In this document: positions 38,273 to 49,041 of the stretch, piece after piece | How positions within the stretch are numbered: the first letter of the stretch is position 1 | How the letters are laid out: every line of letters starts with the position of its first letter | Assembly: GCA_964517495.1 (NCBI GenBank) | Contig: CAZFER010000016.1 | Span: 31,564-95,563, forward strand | Direction: 5' to 3' | Length of the DNA: 64,000 nt | Source of the DNA: an uncultured bacterium | Lineage (GTDB): Bacteria; Hinthialibacterota; Hinthialibacteria; Hinthialibacterales; Hinthialibacteraceae | Notes under the pieces: generated by a model | The model's database searches: none | The model's input: the letters and a program-made list of their open reading frames with translations, nothing else | What the model was told of the DNA's origin: nothing | Position numbers and translations under genes: made by a program

Positions 38273-39937
38273 TTAAGGCTGCGGCAAGGATCGAATTACC
38301 ACATAGTTATCAAAATGAAAGATGTTGGATTCATCCACATCCTCATAACGGGATAAGCCTCTAGCAAAGAGAACAATATAATCAGGATCTTCCACCAGCC
38401 CATCGGCGGTTTTGGCGGTATTGTTAAGCCCGTGTATCACTTCCAATAAAAAGTCAAATTCAGCGCCGATGTAATAGGTGTCCATCAAATCCAACGCGGT
38501 ATACGATGTAATCCAACACCACCCCTTTTCATCTTTCAGAAAATCATATTGAACAGCGATGGCTTCGTGTTTATGTTCTTTCGCATCACTCGCCACCCAC
38601 GTCATCATATCATGAGAGGGATGGCTTTCACCTGCCGCCCATTTATTCATGCGTCCTACCGTTTCGTACAGCGGTGGAATTATTAAGAAAAGAATCAAGA
38701 GAGTCAGAAATACTTTATATACAACATTTTTCAATAAACGAGGATGGGCACAGACATTTGACATCATAAGAATCTGCACACCATAAACCAACCAACAGAT
38801 GTCAGGCCGTTCGTAGGCAGTAAAAGGGGTTAAATTTTGTAAAACAACAGGTATAAAAAAGGCCAGAAGTAATAATCTGTCCGCTTGAGTTGCCTTTTTT
38901 TGAAGGAATGTTTTATACAACAAATAACCAAGCCCAAGCATGAATAATAACGACATCACCGAAAACTGTACTTTTTGATAAAGGGTTCCAGTGGTCGGTT
39001 CAAGTGGGGACCAGTAAAAATTTATATAAAATGACCGAATAAAACCAATCCCGTTAATAGCGACGCGCCGAATGAACATATAAATGGATGGAAAATTGGA
39101 TTTGATTTCATTCTTGATTCCACCCCCCTCCCCTTTAACGCTATCTTCAGGATACATTTCCTCTCTGGGAGGACATAAGGGGGTGATTTCATGGGGATCA
39201 ACAAAATCAACGGGCCCTTTTGCCAGGATCAACACATCCGCAAAGCTTCGTTGTATCTCTAACGACAGAAAAGGCAGCCATATCAAGACAGCCACAACAA
39301 GCCCCCCAACAAGAGAAACACGCTTAATCGATGGCCTAAAAATGAAATAAAGAATGACAAAAACCAGAATAGATAATAGACCGCTCCAATGCAAACCGGC
39401 AATATAAGAGACGGCGATTATGCCGCCTGCCATGGCCCACCCTTTGCCATCCATTATCCATCGAAAGATGAAGTAAAGAATAATCACACTGAGCGGTGCA
39501 ATAAGCGCATGCCAGCTGGTATGCCCTAAATATAAACCCAGAAACGTGAATGAATAAAAGATCGTCGATAAAATACCTGTCCGGCAACTGAAATAACGTT
39601 GCCCCATTTGGAAGAGTAAAAGCAATGCAATGCCGTGTAAAATCACGCCGGGCAGAATCAATACCACCGATGGATTGGTAATAAAAACCATAAAGGGTAC
39701 ATAAAGCCAGGGATGAAATGGGGGATTATATGCACCGTGGCTGTTGATGTTTCCGTGAGAGGGGATTACACCATTCTCGATAAAATCATGGGCGATGTAC
39801 AACAACTGAACTTGATCGATTTTGACCGGCGATTTGACCACATAGCTAATTTGAACCAAAGCCACAACGATGAATATGATGACCATGATCAAGTGTTTGT
39901 ATTTTTCTACCATGCTTCTTGCAATTCCTTTTCCCAA
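38273..39937 (-). CDS. GT-C (ArnT/PMT-like) membrane glycosyltransferase
   Basis: Multi-TM; DQ motif after the first TM; YNPPFH motif. Confidence 0.65.
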   Translation of the reverse strand: MGKGIARSMVEKYKHLIMVIIFIVVALVQISYVVKSPVKIDQVQLLYIAHDFIENGVIPSHGNINSHGAYNPPFHPWLYVPFMVFITNPSVVLILPGVILHGIALLLLFQMGQRYFSCRTGILSTIFYSFTFLGLYLGHTSWHALIAPLSVIILYFIFRWIMDGKGWAMAGGIIAVSYIAGLHWSGLLSILVFVILYFIFRPSIKRVSLVGGLVVAVLIWLPFLSLEIQRSFADVLILAKGPVDFVDPHEITPLCPPREEMYPEDSVKGEGGGIKNEIKSNFPSIYMFIRRVAINGIGFIRSFYINFYWSPLEPTTGTLYQKVQFSVMSLLFMLGLGYLLYKTFLQKKATQADRLLLLAFFIPVVLQNLTPFTAYERPDICWLVYGVQILMMSNVCAHPRLLKNVVYKVFLTLLILFLIIPPLYETVGRMNKWAAGESHPSHDMMTWVASDAKEHKHEAIAVQYDFLKDEKGWCWITSYTALDLMDTYYIGAEFDFLLEVIHGLNNTAKTADGLVEDPDYIVLFARGLSRYEDVDESNIFHFDNYVVIRSLPQP

Positions 39938-39984
39938 GGATAAGCCCCATCGGCAGGATTATTGTAACCACGGGTATATCGAAT

Positions 39985-40017
39985 AAAAAAGGCATGAGGT
40001 AAAATCCCATGCCTTTT
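39985..40017 (-). terminator. Intrinsic terminator after fabF
   Basis: AAAAAAGGCATG...CATGCCTTTT. Confidence 0.75.
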
Positions 40018-40049
40018 ATTGATCACGTAACAAATAGGAATCGTTACTG

Positions 40050-41288
40050 TTATTCGAACTTCCTGGCTGCCAATACGGCATTATGGCCACCAAATCCAAA
40101 CGAATTGGAGATGGCACATCGAATAGTTGTCTTACGGGCGGTATTGGGTACATAATCGAGATCGCATTCCGGATCCGGGGTTTCATAATTAATGGTCGGC
40201 GGGATTATACCATCCTTAATCGCCAAAATGATGGCGATAAATTCAACGGCACCTGCCGCACCCAACAAATGGCCCGTCATTGATTTGGTTGAACTGACGG
40301 CAACCTCATTCGCTCGAGATGAAAATAACGATTTGATAGCGTTGGTTTCAAACTTATCGTTATATTGGGTGGATGTTCCATGAGCATTGATATAGTCCAC
40401 TTGGTCCAGAGGGATCTTCGCATCATCCAATGCAAGGCGCATTGCATTGATAGCGCCATTCCCTTCGGGATCGGGCATCGTAATATGGTGGGCATCGGCT
40501 GACATGCCATATCCGGCAATTTCACCATAAATCGTTGCACCACGTTTTTTGGCGTGTTCCAATTCCTCCAACACAACAATACCGGCGCCTTCACCCATTA
40601 CAAATCCATCTCGGTCCTTATCAAAGGGACGGCTGGCTTTTTCCGGTTCATCATTGCGTGTGGACAACGCCCGCATGGCACAAAATCCACCAAAGCCCAA
40701 TGGTGAAATGGCGGCTTCGGTTCCACCGGCTATCATCACATCGGCATGACCATATTGGATCTGGCGCATTGCGTCACCAATGGAATGATTCCCGGTGGCA
40801 CAGGCTGTTACTACGGAGGTGTTGGGACCTTGCAAGCCGTAATGAATAGAGACCATGCCCGAGGCCATGTTGACAATCAACATGGGGATCAAGTAGGGAC
40901 TGATCCTCCGAGGCCCTTTTTTATCGAGGATCTCTTTTTGAGCCTCGAGGGTATGGATTCCTCCGATACCGGAACCAATAATGACACCAATGCGGCTACG
41001 ATCCGAGTTTTCCAAATCAAGGCCGGACAACTCAACCGCAGTAACCGCCGCTTTCATGGCATATTGCACAAACAGGTCCATTCTGGCGGCGTCTTTTTCA
41101 CTGAATGCATCACCGGGGTCGAACTGTTTGACTTCAGCAGCGACTTTGGATGAATATTTCTCCGGATCAAACCGTTCAACACGTGAGGTCCCGCTTCGCC
41201 CTTCCTTCAATGCGTTCCAAAACTCATCGACGGTATTTCCAACAGGCGAGACGACTCCTAACCCTGTGACAACTACACGACGTCCCAT
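40050..41288 (-). CDS. fabF: 3-oxoacyl-ACP synthase II
   Basis: [29 protein letters not shown]. Confidence 0.97.
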   Translation of the reverse strand: MGRRVVVTGLGVVSPVGNTVDEFWNALKEGRSGTSRVERFDPEKYSSKVAAEVKQFDPGDAFSEKDAARMDLFVQYAMKAAVTAVELSGLDLENSDRSRIGVIIGSGIGGIHTLEAQKEILDKKGPRRISPYLIPMLIVNMASGMVSIHYGLQGPNTSVVTACATGNHSIGDAMRQIQYGHADVMIAGGTEAAISPLGFGGFCAMRALSTRNDEPEKASRPFDKDRDGFVMGEGAGIVVLEELEHAKKRGATIYGEIAGYGMSADAHHITMPDPEGNGAINAMRLALDDAKIPLDQVDYINAHGTSTQYNDKFETNAIKSLFSSRANEVAVSSTKSMTGHLLGAAGAVEFIAIILAIKDGIIPPTINYETPDPECDLDYVPNTARKTTIRCAISNSFGFGGHNAVLAARKFE

Positions 41289-41315
41289 ATAGAACTACTC
41301 CCGTTCATTAACGTT

Positions 41316-41561
41316 TTAACTACTGATTTTACCCTTAATGTACTCAATGGCATCACCCACGGTTTTAATCTCCTCGGCCTCTTCTTCGGGGATTTCGTCG
41401 ATTTCAAATTTTTCTTCGAAATCCATGACCAATTCCACTGTGTCGAGGGAATCCGCCCCTAAATCACGGGTAAATGATTTTTCGGGAGAGATTTCTTCCT
41501 TATCCACCTTCAATTTTTCAGAGATAATATCGATTACTTTCTCTTCAATGTTTTCACTCAC
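41316..41561 (-). CDS. acpP: Acyl carrier protein
   Basis: [14 protein letters not shown]. Confidence 0.97.
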   Translation of the reverse strand: MSENIEEKVIDIISEKLKVDKEEISPEKSFTRDLGADSLDTVELVMDFEEKFEIDEIPEEEAEEIKTVGDAIEYIKGKISS

Positions 41562-41625
41562 AAGATTAACCTCCTGACTTCCAATACTGTTGTAGATATA
41601 AACCGTTCAAAACGGTTTTAAACGC

Positions 41626-42372
41626 TTACATGGCCATACCACCGTCAATAACCATAACCTGGCCGGTGATATAAGCGGCTTCGTCAGAAGCCAAAAAGGC
41701 AATGACATTGGCGACTTCTTCCGGTTTGCCATAGCGGCCCAGTGGAATTTGTTTGAGGGTGGCTTCTCTGACCTCTTCTTTCAAACTTGCGGTCATGTGA
41801 GTTTCAATAAAACCAGGGGCGACCGCATTCACGGTTATGTTACGAGCCGCCAATTCCTTGGCGAAGGATTTGGTCATTCCAATTACACCTGCTTTGCTGG
41901 CGGCATAATTGGCCTGCCCAGCGTTCCCCATAATTCCCACTACTGAAGCGAGATTAATAATCCGTCCCTCTCGATTTTTCATCATGGGACGGGTTGCCGC
42001 ACGCGCCATATAAAACGATCCACTCAGGTTAACTCGCAAGACGGCTTCCCAGTCAGAATCTTTCATGCGCATCGCCAGGGTATCGCGGGTAATGCCGGCA
42101 TTATTCACTAAAATATCCAGCTGGCCAAATCGCTTGACACATTCATCCACCACATTTTGTGCTTTTTCGGAATCAGCAATATCGGCTGCCACTCCATCCA
42201 CATCAAAGCCATCATTCTTTAATGCTTCTATGGTTTTATTTAATCCATCTTCATCCAGATCGACTAAATACAGTTTTGCGCCACGGCGTCCCAGGCATTC
42301 CGCGGTACATCGTCCAATACCCCGTGATCCCCCCGTAATCAGCGCCGTTTTATTATTCAATTCACCCACCAT
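41626..42372 (-). CDS. fabG: 3-oxoacyl-ACP reductase
   Basis: TGGSRGIG, NNAGITRD, YAASK; lies in the fab cluster. Confidence 0.96.
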   Translation of the reverse strand: MVGELNNKTALITGGSRGIGRCTAECLGRRGAKLYLVDLDEDGLNKTIEALKNDGFDVDGVAADIADSEKAQNVVDECVKRFGQLDILVNNAGITRDTLAMRMKDSDWEAVLRVNLSGSFYMARAATRPMMKNREGRIINLASVVGIMGNAGQANYAASKAGVIGMTKSFAKELAARNITVNAVAPGFIETHMTASLKEEVREATLKQIPLGRYGKPEEVANVIAFLASDEAAYITGQVMVIDGGMAM

Positions 42373-43285
42373 ATTGCTCAATTACCTTTCTAAGGGTTTC
42401 CACATTGTCAGTCTCTTCACAAGGCAGATCATCGCAGCACGCCTTCGCCAAGCCACATAATACTTTCCCTGGTCCAACTTCCAAGGCTCGGTCACAATCA
42501 TTCTCGATCACGTGCATACAATCAATCCATCGAACCGGCTGACAAAATTGATTGATTAATTGTTCTTTTATCCGAAGCGGATCCATTTCTGGCTTGCCAG
42601 TGTTGTTTGAAATGAGTGGCACCTTGGGTGTTTTGATTTCAATACTTTCCAAATAAGCCGAAAATTTTATCTTGGCTTCTTCCATTAAAGGGGAATGGAA
42701 AGCATTGCTGGTAGCCAATGGCACAACCCGCTTGGCGCCTTTTTCTTTTAAAAGCGGTGTCAAGCCTTCAATGGCTTGTTTCTCGCCAGTGATGACGGTT
42801 TGTTTGGGGGAATTCAAGCCCGCCACTTGCACGATTCCCTCTGTCCATGCATCACATAATTCCTTGATAAGTTGATTATTTAAACCCAAAACGGCGGCCA
42901 TCATCCCTGTTGCCCGGCTTTCATGCATTAAGCGGGCGCGTTCGGCAATAACCTTTAGACCGGTTTCAAAATCCCAGCCTTCCGCAGCGGTTAAAGCCGG
43001 ATATTCTCCCGCGCTATGGCCAGCCACACAACAGGGTTGGATTTGCTTGGATTGCAACAGTTCCGCAATCACGCAGCTCAGCGTATACAAAGCCGGTTGT
43101 GTATACAATGTAATATTGAGCGACTCCGCTCCATCCGGTTTCGAAAGCGCTTCCACTGACCAACCGAGTATATCTTCGGCTTGTTGGTAACGTTCACGTG
43201 CTTTAGGGTACGCATCAATGAAATCCAATCCCATATTTTGGGATTGGGAACCTTGTCCTGGATATAAAAAAGCAATTCGTTCCAT
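42362..43285 (-). CDS. fabD: Malonyl-CoA:ACP transacylase
   Basis: PGQGSQ, GHSAGEY, AFHS. Confidence 0.96.
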   Translation of the reverse strand: MERIAFLYPGQGSQSQNMGLDFIDAYPKARERYQQAEDILGWSVEALSKPDGAESLNITLYTQPALYTLSCVIAELLQSKQIQPCCVAGHSAGEYPALTAAEGWDFETGLKVIAERARLMHESRATGMMAAVLGLNNQLIKELCDAWTEGIVQVAGLNSPKQTVITGEKQAIEGLTPLLKEKGAKRVVPLATSNAFHSPLMEEAKIKFSAYLESIEIKTPKVPLISNNTGKPEMDPLRIKEQLINQFCQPVRWIDCMHVIENDCDRALEVGPGKVLCGLAKACCDDLPCEETDNVETLRKVIEQYGG

Positions 43286-43287
43286 TG

Positions 43288-44265
43288 TTAAAATTTCACC
43301 ACACTGGCGCCCCACGTTAATCCTCCTCCGAAGGAAACGAGAAGCGCAATATCACCTTGTTTCAAACGTCCATCCTGCAATGCTTCATGCATCGCCATCG
43401 GGACGGTTGCTGCTGAAGTATTTCCATATTTTTCGATGTTCAGGTAAAAAAGATCCATGGATACGCCCAATCGGGAAGCCACGGCTTCTAAAATACGGAC
43501 ATTGGCTTGATGGGGAATAATCAATGACACATCCTGGAGAGTTAAATTACACCGTTCAAGCACTTTTAAACTGGTTTGTGCCATCACCCGAACGGCATGT
43601 TTAAAGATTTCCCGTCCATTTAGATATAAATAATGTTTCTTTTCTTGTATGGCTTTTTCAGAAATGGGAATACGTGAACCACCGCAGGGTTGGTAAAGCA
43701 ATTCCACCGCGGCGCCATCCGCTCCCAAAACGGTGTCTAATACACCAGCTTCTCCATTGGGTTGTATCACAGTGGCTCCGGCGCCATCACCAAACAACAC
43801 ACAGGTGTTACGGTCACTCCAATCAACCACTTTGGTTAATACATCCACTCCAACAAGCAATATGTTTTTATAACGTCCGGATTCAATATAGGCTTGGGCA
43901 ATGGAAAGGCCATAAATATAACCTGAACACGCCGCTGATAAGTCAAACGCCATGGCCTTTTTGGCGCCTAATTTCTCCTGTAACACACAAGCCGTGGCAG
44001 GAAAAACATAATCAGGTGAAATCGTGGCCAATAAAATGGCATCAATATCATCCACCGTTGAGCCAGCGGCTTCGATCGCTTTTAGCGATGCTTCATAGGC
44101 CAGGTCAGAAGCAGCTGTTGCCTCATCAGTTAGGCGGCGTTCAAACATCCCCGTCCGTTCACGAATCCATTCATCAGATGTATCAACTAATTTTTCCAAA
44201 TCGAAGTTATTTAAAATCCGGTCAGGCACTGCCATTCCAGTCGAGACAATATGTGCACGTACCAC
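43288..44265 (-). CDS. fabH: 3-oxoacyl-ACP synthase III
   Basis: AACSGY, FGDGAG, PHQAN, GNTSAA. Confidence 0.96.
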   Translation of the reverse strand: MVRAHIVSTGMAVPDRILNNFDLEKLVDTSDEWIRERTGMFERRLTDEATAASDLAYEASLKAIEAAGSTVDDIDAILLATISPDYVFPATACVLQEKLGAKKAMAFDLSAACSGYIYGLSIAQAYIESGRYKNILLVGVDVLTKVVDWSDRNTCVLFGDGAGATVIQPNGEAGVLDTVLGADGAAVELLYQPCGGSRIPISEKAIQEKKHYLYLNGREIFKHAVRVMAQTSLKVLERCNLTLQDVSLIIPHQANVRILEAVASRLGVSMDLFYLNIEKYGNTSAATVPMAMHEALQDGRLKQGDIALLVSFGGGLTWGASVVKF

Positions 44266-44290
44266 GAATCGGCCTCTTTTCTAAAAAGTA

Positions 44291-45286
44291 TCAGGACGCC
44301 ACAACCAGTTTGGCGTTTTGCAAGGCTTTTTGAATCTCTGCGATAGGACACCGTTCTGCAGCGGTTCTTGCGGCTCGAATACCACTGGCAATCGCCCGTG
44401 GATTTGAACGTCCATGACCGATCAAACAGTGTCCATTGACCCCCAATAAGGAAGCCCCACCGTACGCGGTGTAATCCACTCGCTGCATGGTTTCTTTAAA
44501 AAAAGCTATACGATGTTCCTGATCAATATCTTCACCTAAAACATGATCTGTTTCCCATTCCAATGCCCGGGCAAACATATCAACCAGTCCTTCCCCGAAT
44601 TTCAAAATAACATTTCCAACAAAGCCATCACACACAACCACATCGACCTTGCCCCCCATAATATCCACTCCCTCTACATTTCCAATGAAATTCAAGGGGG
44701 CTTCTTTTAATAATTGAGCGGCATTAATCGTAAGTTCATTCCCTTTGCCTTCTTCCTCTCCGATGGAGATTAAACCGACCTTGGGATTTTCCACCTTAAA
44801 CGCCAGGTGACAATACACCGAGCCCATTACCGCAAACTGAAGCAGATGATGGGGTTTGCAATCAACTGTTGCCCCTACATCCAGCAACAGGCTATACCCA
44901 TGAAGAGTCGGCATGGGAGCCACAATAGCGGGCCGGGAAATGTTGGGAAGACGGCCAAGTAAAAATAGTGCAAATGCCATGGTTGCACCTGAATTCCCCA
45001 TCGAGAGCAACGCATCTGCCTCACCGTCCTTGACCAATTTGGTGGCGATGGCAATCGATGAATCTGTCATCTTTTTCACCGCGATGGAAGGAGATAGATG
45101 CATATCCACAACAGTTGGAGCATCAACGATTTCAACGCACAAATCGGCACAGAGGGGTTCCAAAGTGGCTTTTTGACCCACTAATAAAATGCCCGTTTCC
45201 GTATCCTCTGCCTGAAATAGCCGCAAACCGGCGATGATCTCTTCCGGTGCCCGATCCCCCCCCATGGCATCCAACGCGATTTTCAT
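44291..45286 (-). CDS. plsX: Phosphate acyltransferase
   Basis: IALDAMGGD, GNSGA, NFIGNVEG, DGFVGN. Confidence 0.96.
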   Translation of the reverse strand: MKIALDAMGGDRAPEEIIAGLRLFQAEDTETGILLVGQKATLEPLCADLCVEIVDAPTVVDMHLSPSIAVKKMTDSSIAIATKLVKDGEADALLSMGNSGATMAFALFLLGRLPNISRPAIVAPMPTLHGYSLLLDVGATVDCKPHHLLQFAVMGSVYCHLAFKVENPKVGLISIGEEEGKGNELTINAAQLLKEAPLNFIGNVEGVDIMGGKVDVVVCDGFVGNVILKFGEGLVDMFARALEWETDHVLGEDIDQEHRIAFFKETMQRVDYTAYGGASLLGVNGHCLIGHGRSNPRAIASGIRAARTAAERCPIAEIQKALQNAKLVVAS

Positions 45287-45304
45287 AGTCTGCCCCTCTC
45301 TGAA

Positions 45305-45472
45305 CTAAACGATGAAGCGATCTTTATAAAATCCACAATGTGGACATACACGATGGGGCATTTTCATCCCACGGCAATTGGGACATTCCGTCAAGGAAGA
45401 CGGTTTAAGGGCTTGATGAGAGCGTCCCATACGGGATTTTGATTTGGATTTTCTGTGTTTTGGATGAGCCAT
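45305..45472 (-). CDS. rpmF: 50S ribosomal protein L32 (absent from the ORF track)
   Basis: MAHPKHRKSKSKSRMGRSHQAL...CPNC...HRVCPHCGFYK, 55 aa, upstream of plsX. Confidence 0.95.
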   Translation of the reverse strand: MAHPKHRKSKSKSRMGRSHQALKPSSLTECPNCRGMKMPHRVCPHCGFYKDRFIV

Positions 45473-45533
45473 TGTTCCATTCCTCTTAAGGTTAAACGAC
45501 TTTTGAATGCATTTCTTTTATTATTTTTTCTCT

Positions 45534-45605
45534 TACTTTGTGGTGCAGGCTTCCAGCCTGCTATAATATAATGCTATAGCAGACAAGAAGCCTGTACCAC
45601 AAGTA
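45534..45605. repeat. REP doublet, GTGGTGCAGGC...GCCTGC type
   Basis: TTGTGGTGCAGGCTTCCAGCCTGCTATA ... TATAGCAGACAAGAAGCCTGTACCACAA inverted pair. Confidence 0.7.
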
Positions 45606-45644
45606 AAATCGTTTTTTAAAGCACTCTTTATAAGATATTTATAA

Positions 45645-46142
45645 TCAATCGGCTTTGAAACCGTATTTTCGTTCTAAATTTTGTTCTACCAACGGTGGTA
45701 CAAATGCCTTTACATTTCCACCACACGACGCGATTTCCTTAACCAGGCTCGCACGTAAAAAAATATGCTCCTCGCTGGGTGGCATAAAAATCGTTTCGAC
45801 ATCCGCAGCCAACCGGCGATTGGTTAACGCCATCTCAAATTCAAATTCAAAATCAGAAACAGCGCGAAAACCCCGCAGTACCACATGAGCATTCATTTCA
45901 TGCATGAAATGAACCAACAAACCATCAAAACACTCAACAACAATTTTGCCATCGATGGTTTTTGTTGTTTCGCGTAACATTTCGAGTCGTTCCTCAATGG
46001 AAAAAAGAGGAACCTTGCCAGGATTTGCAACGACCGCCACAATCAATTTTTTAAAAATTCTGGCGCCTCGAACAATCAAATCCAGATGGCCGTAGGTTAC
46101 GGGATCGAAACTGCCAGGATAGACGGCTACGGTATGGGTCAT
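45645..46142 (-). CDS. coaD: Phosphopantetheine adenylyltransferase
   Basis: YPGSFDPVTYGHLD, RGFRAVSDFEFE. Confidence 0.96.
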   Translation of the reverse strand: MTHTVAVYPGSFDPVTYGHLDLIVRGARIFKKLIVAVVANPGKVPLFSIEERLEMLRETTKTIDGKIVVECFDGLLVHFMHEMNAHVVLRGFRAVSDFEFEFEMALTNRRLAADVETIFMPPSEEHIFLRASLVKEIASCGGNVKAFVPPLVEQNLERKYGFKAD

Positions 46143-46177
46143 ACCCATAAACTCCAAGCGGCTGGTTGCTTCACGAG

Positions 46178-46717
46178 CTACTGAAAAAAATAAAACTCCG
46201 CTTTACCGTAACTCCTTCGATCGAGAAGATGCAAATTTTCTGAGCGGATCGGCGTGCAATTTTCGACAGGCCGCTCAACGATAATGATCCGTTCCGATCC
46301 AAGAATCTCGTGCGCAACAAGCACATCCAAGAAATTATCCTTGACCATCCGTGGAGGATCAAGGAATACGATATCCCAATTCGACCATTCGCTGGGATTT
46401 TCTCCAAGTTTGAAGACATCGTTGACCCAGACACGGGCCCGGTCACGATCAACCTGAAAATGTTTTAATGTTTCACGGATGGTTTGGGCAATTTGCCCGC
46501 TTTTTTCAACAAAGGTTACTCGCTGAGCACCCCGGCTTAATGCTTCTATTCCAACCGATCCGCTACCTGCATATAGGTCCGCAAAGCGCGCATCTATAAT
46601 TTCATCACCTAATATATTGAATAAGGCTTCACGCATCATTTCACTAGTGGGTTTCAGTGATTTGGTGCGAGGTTTATGTATCATCCGGTTTTTAAACTCG
46701 CCGGTTATGATACGCAT
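46178..46717 (-). CDS. rsmD: 16S rRNA m2G966 methyltransferase
   Basis: MRIITG, REALFNIL, DLYAGSG..GIEALSRGA, FLDPP; adjacent to coaD. Confidence 0.92.
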   Translation of the reverse strand: MRIITGEFKNRMIHKPRTKSLKPTSEMMREALFNILGDEIIDARFADLYAGSGSVGIEALSRGAQRVTFVEKSGQIAQTIRETLKHFQVDRDRARVWVNDVFKLGENPSEWSNWDIVFLDPPRMVKDNFLDVLVAHEILGSERIIIVERPVENCTPIRSENLHLLDRRSYGKAEFYFFQ

Positions 46718-46781
46718 ATATCATCCTGACCAAGAAAGCATTAAAACAAAGATAATAGGCTAATACGTAAGAGGAATTTAT

Positions 46782-47951
46782 TCAAGCGACATGTTTCATT
46801 TTTTCCTGAAGCCAGCCAATAATTCGTTCACCGGCCTCCTGAATGTCACTTTCGCTTAAACCATGCCCCAAACTGAATCGAATCCCTTCCAAGGCTTCTT
46901 TGTCATTAAAACCCATTGCTTTCAGGACGGGTGAAACATCTGACGCGCCTGACGCACAGGCTGGACCGGTAGAGCAACAAATTCCCTGTTGATCCAGCGC
47001 ATCAACCACTCGTTCACCTTTCAGGCCAGGTATTCGAATATGTAATGTATTCGCCAACGAATCGATTGAAGAAATGGTCTTTTCAATATGTTTCACCGTT
47101 TGAGACGACAAAATTCGCCACAATTTTTCTTTCAAACCTGCCAAATGTTGATTTTGACGATCCCGATTATGCTCCACCCATTGAACGGCGGCCCCAAAAC
47201 CAACAATACCTGGAACATTTAACGTTCCTCCCCTCATTCCACCCTCTTGCGAACCATGAAAGAGAGGCCCAATTTTCTTGGAACGCCGGTTAATCAAGCA
47301 CCCCACTCCTTTGGGGCCGTATAACTTATGAGCAGACATCGATATCGCATCAACTCCCCAACTGAAAAACCCACCAGAATAACGGCCAGCCCATTGAGCG
47401 GCATCGGTATGGAAAAATGTCGATTTGGCATCCAATTTTTGCGAAATAGCATACAGTGGCTGAATCGCACCGGTTTCATGATTTGCCGCCATGATTGATA
47501 CGATATCCCAGTTACTTTCAGCATCAAAAAAGGTGACATCAACTTTGCCATCCCTGCCAACGGGGATAAATGCAACATGAGCACCACGCCTTATAAGTTC
47601 TTCAGCACAAGCTAAAACACAAGGATGTTCGATTGCACTCACAGCGACCCGAATGGCATTTGGATGAATCCCTTCACGGATCAGATATTGAAAACGCCCC
47701 AATAAAGCCAAAAAATTAGACTCGGTCGCTCCACTGGTAAAAATCACGTCATCGGCACTTGCCTGTGCCAATTTAGCAATGGATTGTCGTGATTTCTCCA
47801 CCTCCAGCCATGCAGCCTGTCCAGCCTGATGGCGGCTGGTGGCATTCGCATAACACTCACTCCAAAAGGGTTGCATGGCTGCTTCAACCTCAGCAAGCAT
47901 TGGAGTTGTTGCATTGTAATCAAGATAAATGGTTCGCTTCTTTTTAATCAT
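46782..47951 (-). CDS. iscS: Cysteine desulfurase (IscS/NifS family)
   Basis: YLDYNATT, FTSGATESN, HTDAAQ, SAHKLYGPKG, STGPAC. Confidence 0.88.
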   Translation of the reverse strand: MIKKKRTIYLDYNATTPMLAEVEAAMQPFWSECYANATSRHQAGQAAWLEVEKSRQSIAKLAQASADDVIFTSGATESNFLALLGRFQYLIREGIHPNAIRVAVSAIEHPCVLACAEELIRRGAHVAFIPVGRDGKVDVTFFDAESNWDIVSIMAANHETGAIQPLYAISQKLDAKSTFFHTDAAQWAGRYSGGFFSWGVDAISMSAHKLYGPKGVGCLINRRSKKIGPLFHGSQEGGMRGGTLNVPGIVGFGAAVQWVEHNRDRQNQHLAGLKEKLWRILSSQTVKHIEKTISSIDSLANTLHIRIPGLKGERVVDALDQQGICCSTGPACASGASDVSPVLKAMGFNDKEALEGIRFSLGHGLSESDIQEAGERIIGWLQEKMKHVA

Positions 47952-47958
47952 CCTCTCT

Positions 47959-49041
47959 TTACACAGACGACGTGGCTACATCAGCCACCATCGTTTTTCC
48001 AATGGCCTCAACCACAGGAGTCAGCCGTTTCATTAAATCCTGGAAGCTCTGTTCATCCAGGGATTGTGCCCCATCCGACCATGCTTGTGATGGGTTGGGA
48101 TGAATCTCAAGAATAAGGCCATTACAACCTGATGCGGCGGATGCAAGACTCATGGATAAAACCAGATCCGCTCGTCCAGTCCCATGGCTGGGATCGACAA
48201 TAATGGGGAGATGTGTCATTTTTTGTAACGTGGGAACAGCATTTAAGTCGAGTGTATTTCGATATTTGGGTTCAAATGTTCGAATCCCGCGCTCGCATAA
48301 AATAACATTGCTATTTCCAACGGAGGCTATATATTCCGCAGACATCAACCATTCCTCGATAGTTGAAGACATCCCTCGTTTCAACAAAACAGGCTTTGTG
48401 GTTGATCCTAATGATTTTAGCAGCATAAAATTCTGCATGTTTCTGGCGCCAATTTGAATAACGTCTGCATAACGGTCCACCACTTCCAGATGATGAGCAT
48501 CCATCAATTCGGTCACCACCGCCAAACCATATTCATGACGTGCTTCTGCTAATAATTTCAATCCTTCTTCCTCTAACCCTTGAAAACTATAAGGAGAAGT
48601 TCTCGGCTTAAAGGCGCCACCACGCAAAAATGAAGCACCGTTTTCTTGCGCAATGCGAGCACATTCAAAAATTTGATCCCGTGTTTCCACCGAACATGGT
48701 CCAGCCATCATGACAAATGCTGAACCCCCGATAGTCACTTTGCGCTTACCCTCTTTCCACTCAAATTCCACATCGATCAGGGTATCCGGACGAGTCATGC
48801 CTTTGCGCATTTCACGGCAGACCAACTTAAATGGAGGAAGTATATACTCAACCTTATCGACCATCTTTTGGCTGCTTAAGCGTTCATAAAGACCCGCTTT
48901 GCCGCGTTCATCACCCACGGCAGCCAGAACGGTCAAATTGGTCCCATGAATGGGATGAACCGTATATCCAAAATCCTCAATAATGGATTCAACATTTTCA
49001 ATATCTTCTTTTGTGGCATTGGAATTCATGGTTATAATCAC
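47959..49041 (-). CDS. aroF: 3-deoxy-7-phosphoheptulonate synthase, type I-beta with N-terminal regulatory domain
   Basis: AGPCSVE, RGGAFKPRTSPYSFQG, IGARNMQN, DPSH. Confidence 0.95.
   Translation of the reverse strand: MIITMNSNATKEDIENVESIIEDFGYTVHPIHGTNLTVLAAVGDERGKAGLYERLSSQKMVDKVEYILPPFKLVCREMRKGMTRPDTLIDVEFEWKEGKRKVTIGGSAFVMMAGPCSVETRDQIFECARIAQENGASFLRGGAFKPRTSPYSFQGLEEEGLKLLAEARHEYGLAVVTELMDAHHLEVVDRYADVIQIGARNMQNFMLLKSLGSTTKPVLLKRGMSSTIEEWLMSAEYIASVGNSNVILCERGIRTFEPKYRNTLDLNAVPTLQKMTHLPIIVDPSHGTGRADLVLSMSLASAASGCNGLILEIHPNPSQAWSDGAQSLDEQSFQDLMKRLTPVVEAIGKTMVADVATSSV

Noticed and set aside
40050-45286. fab genes as a secondary-metabolite (type II PKS) cluster
   Set aside because: Standard rpmF-plsX-fabHDG-acpP-fabF housekeeping order, with no chain-length factor or tailoring genes
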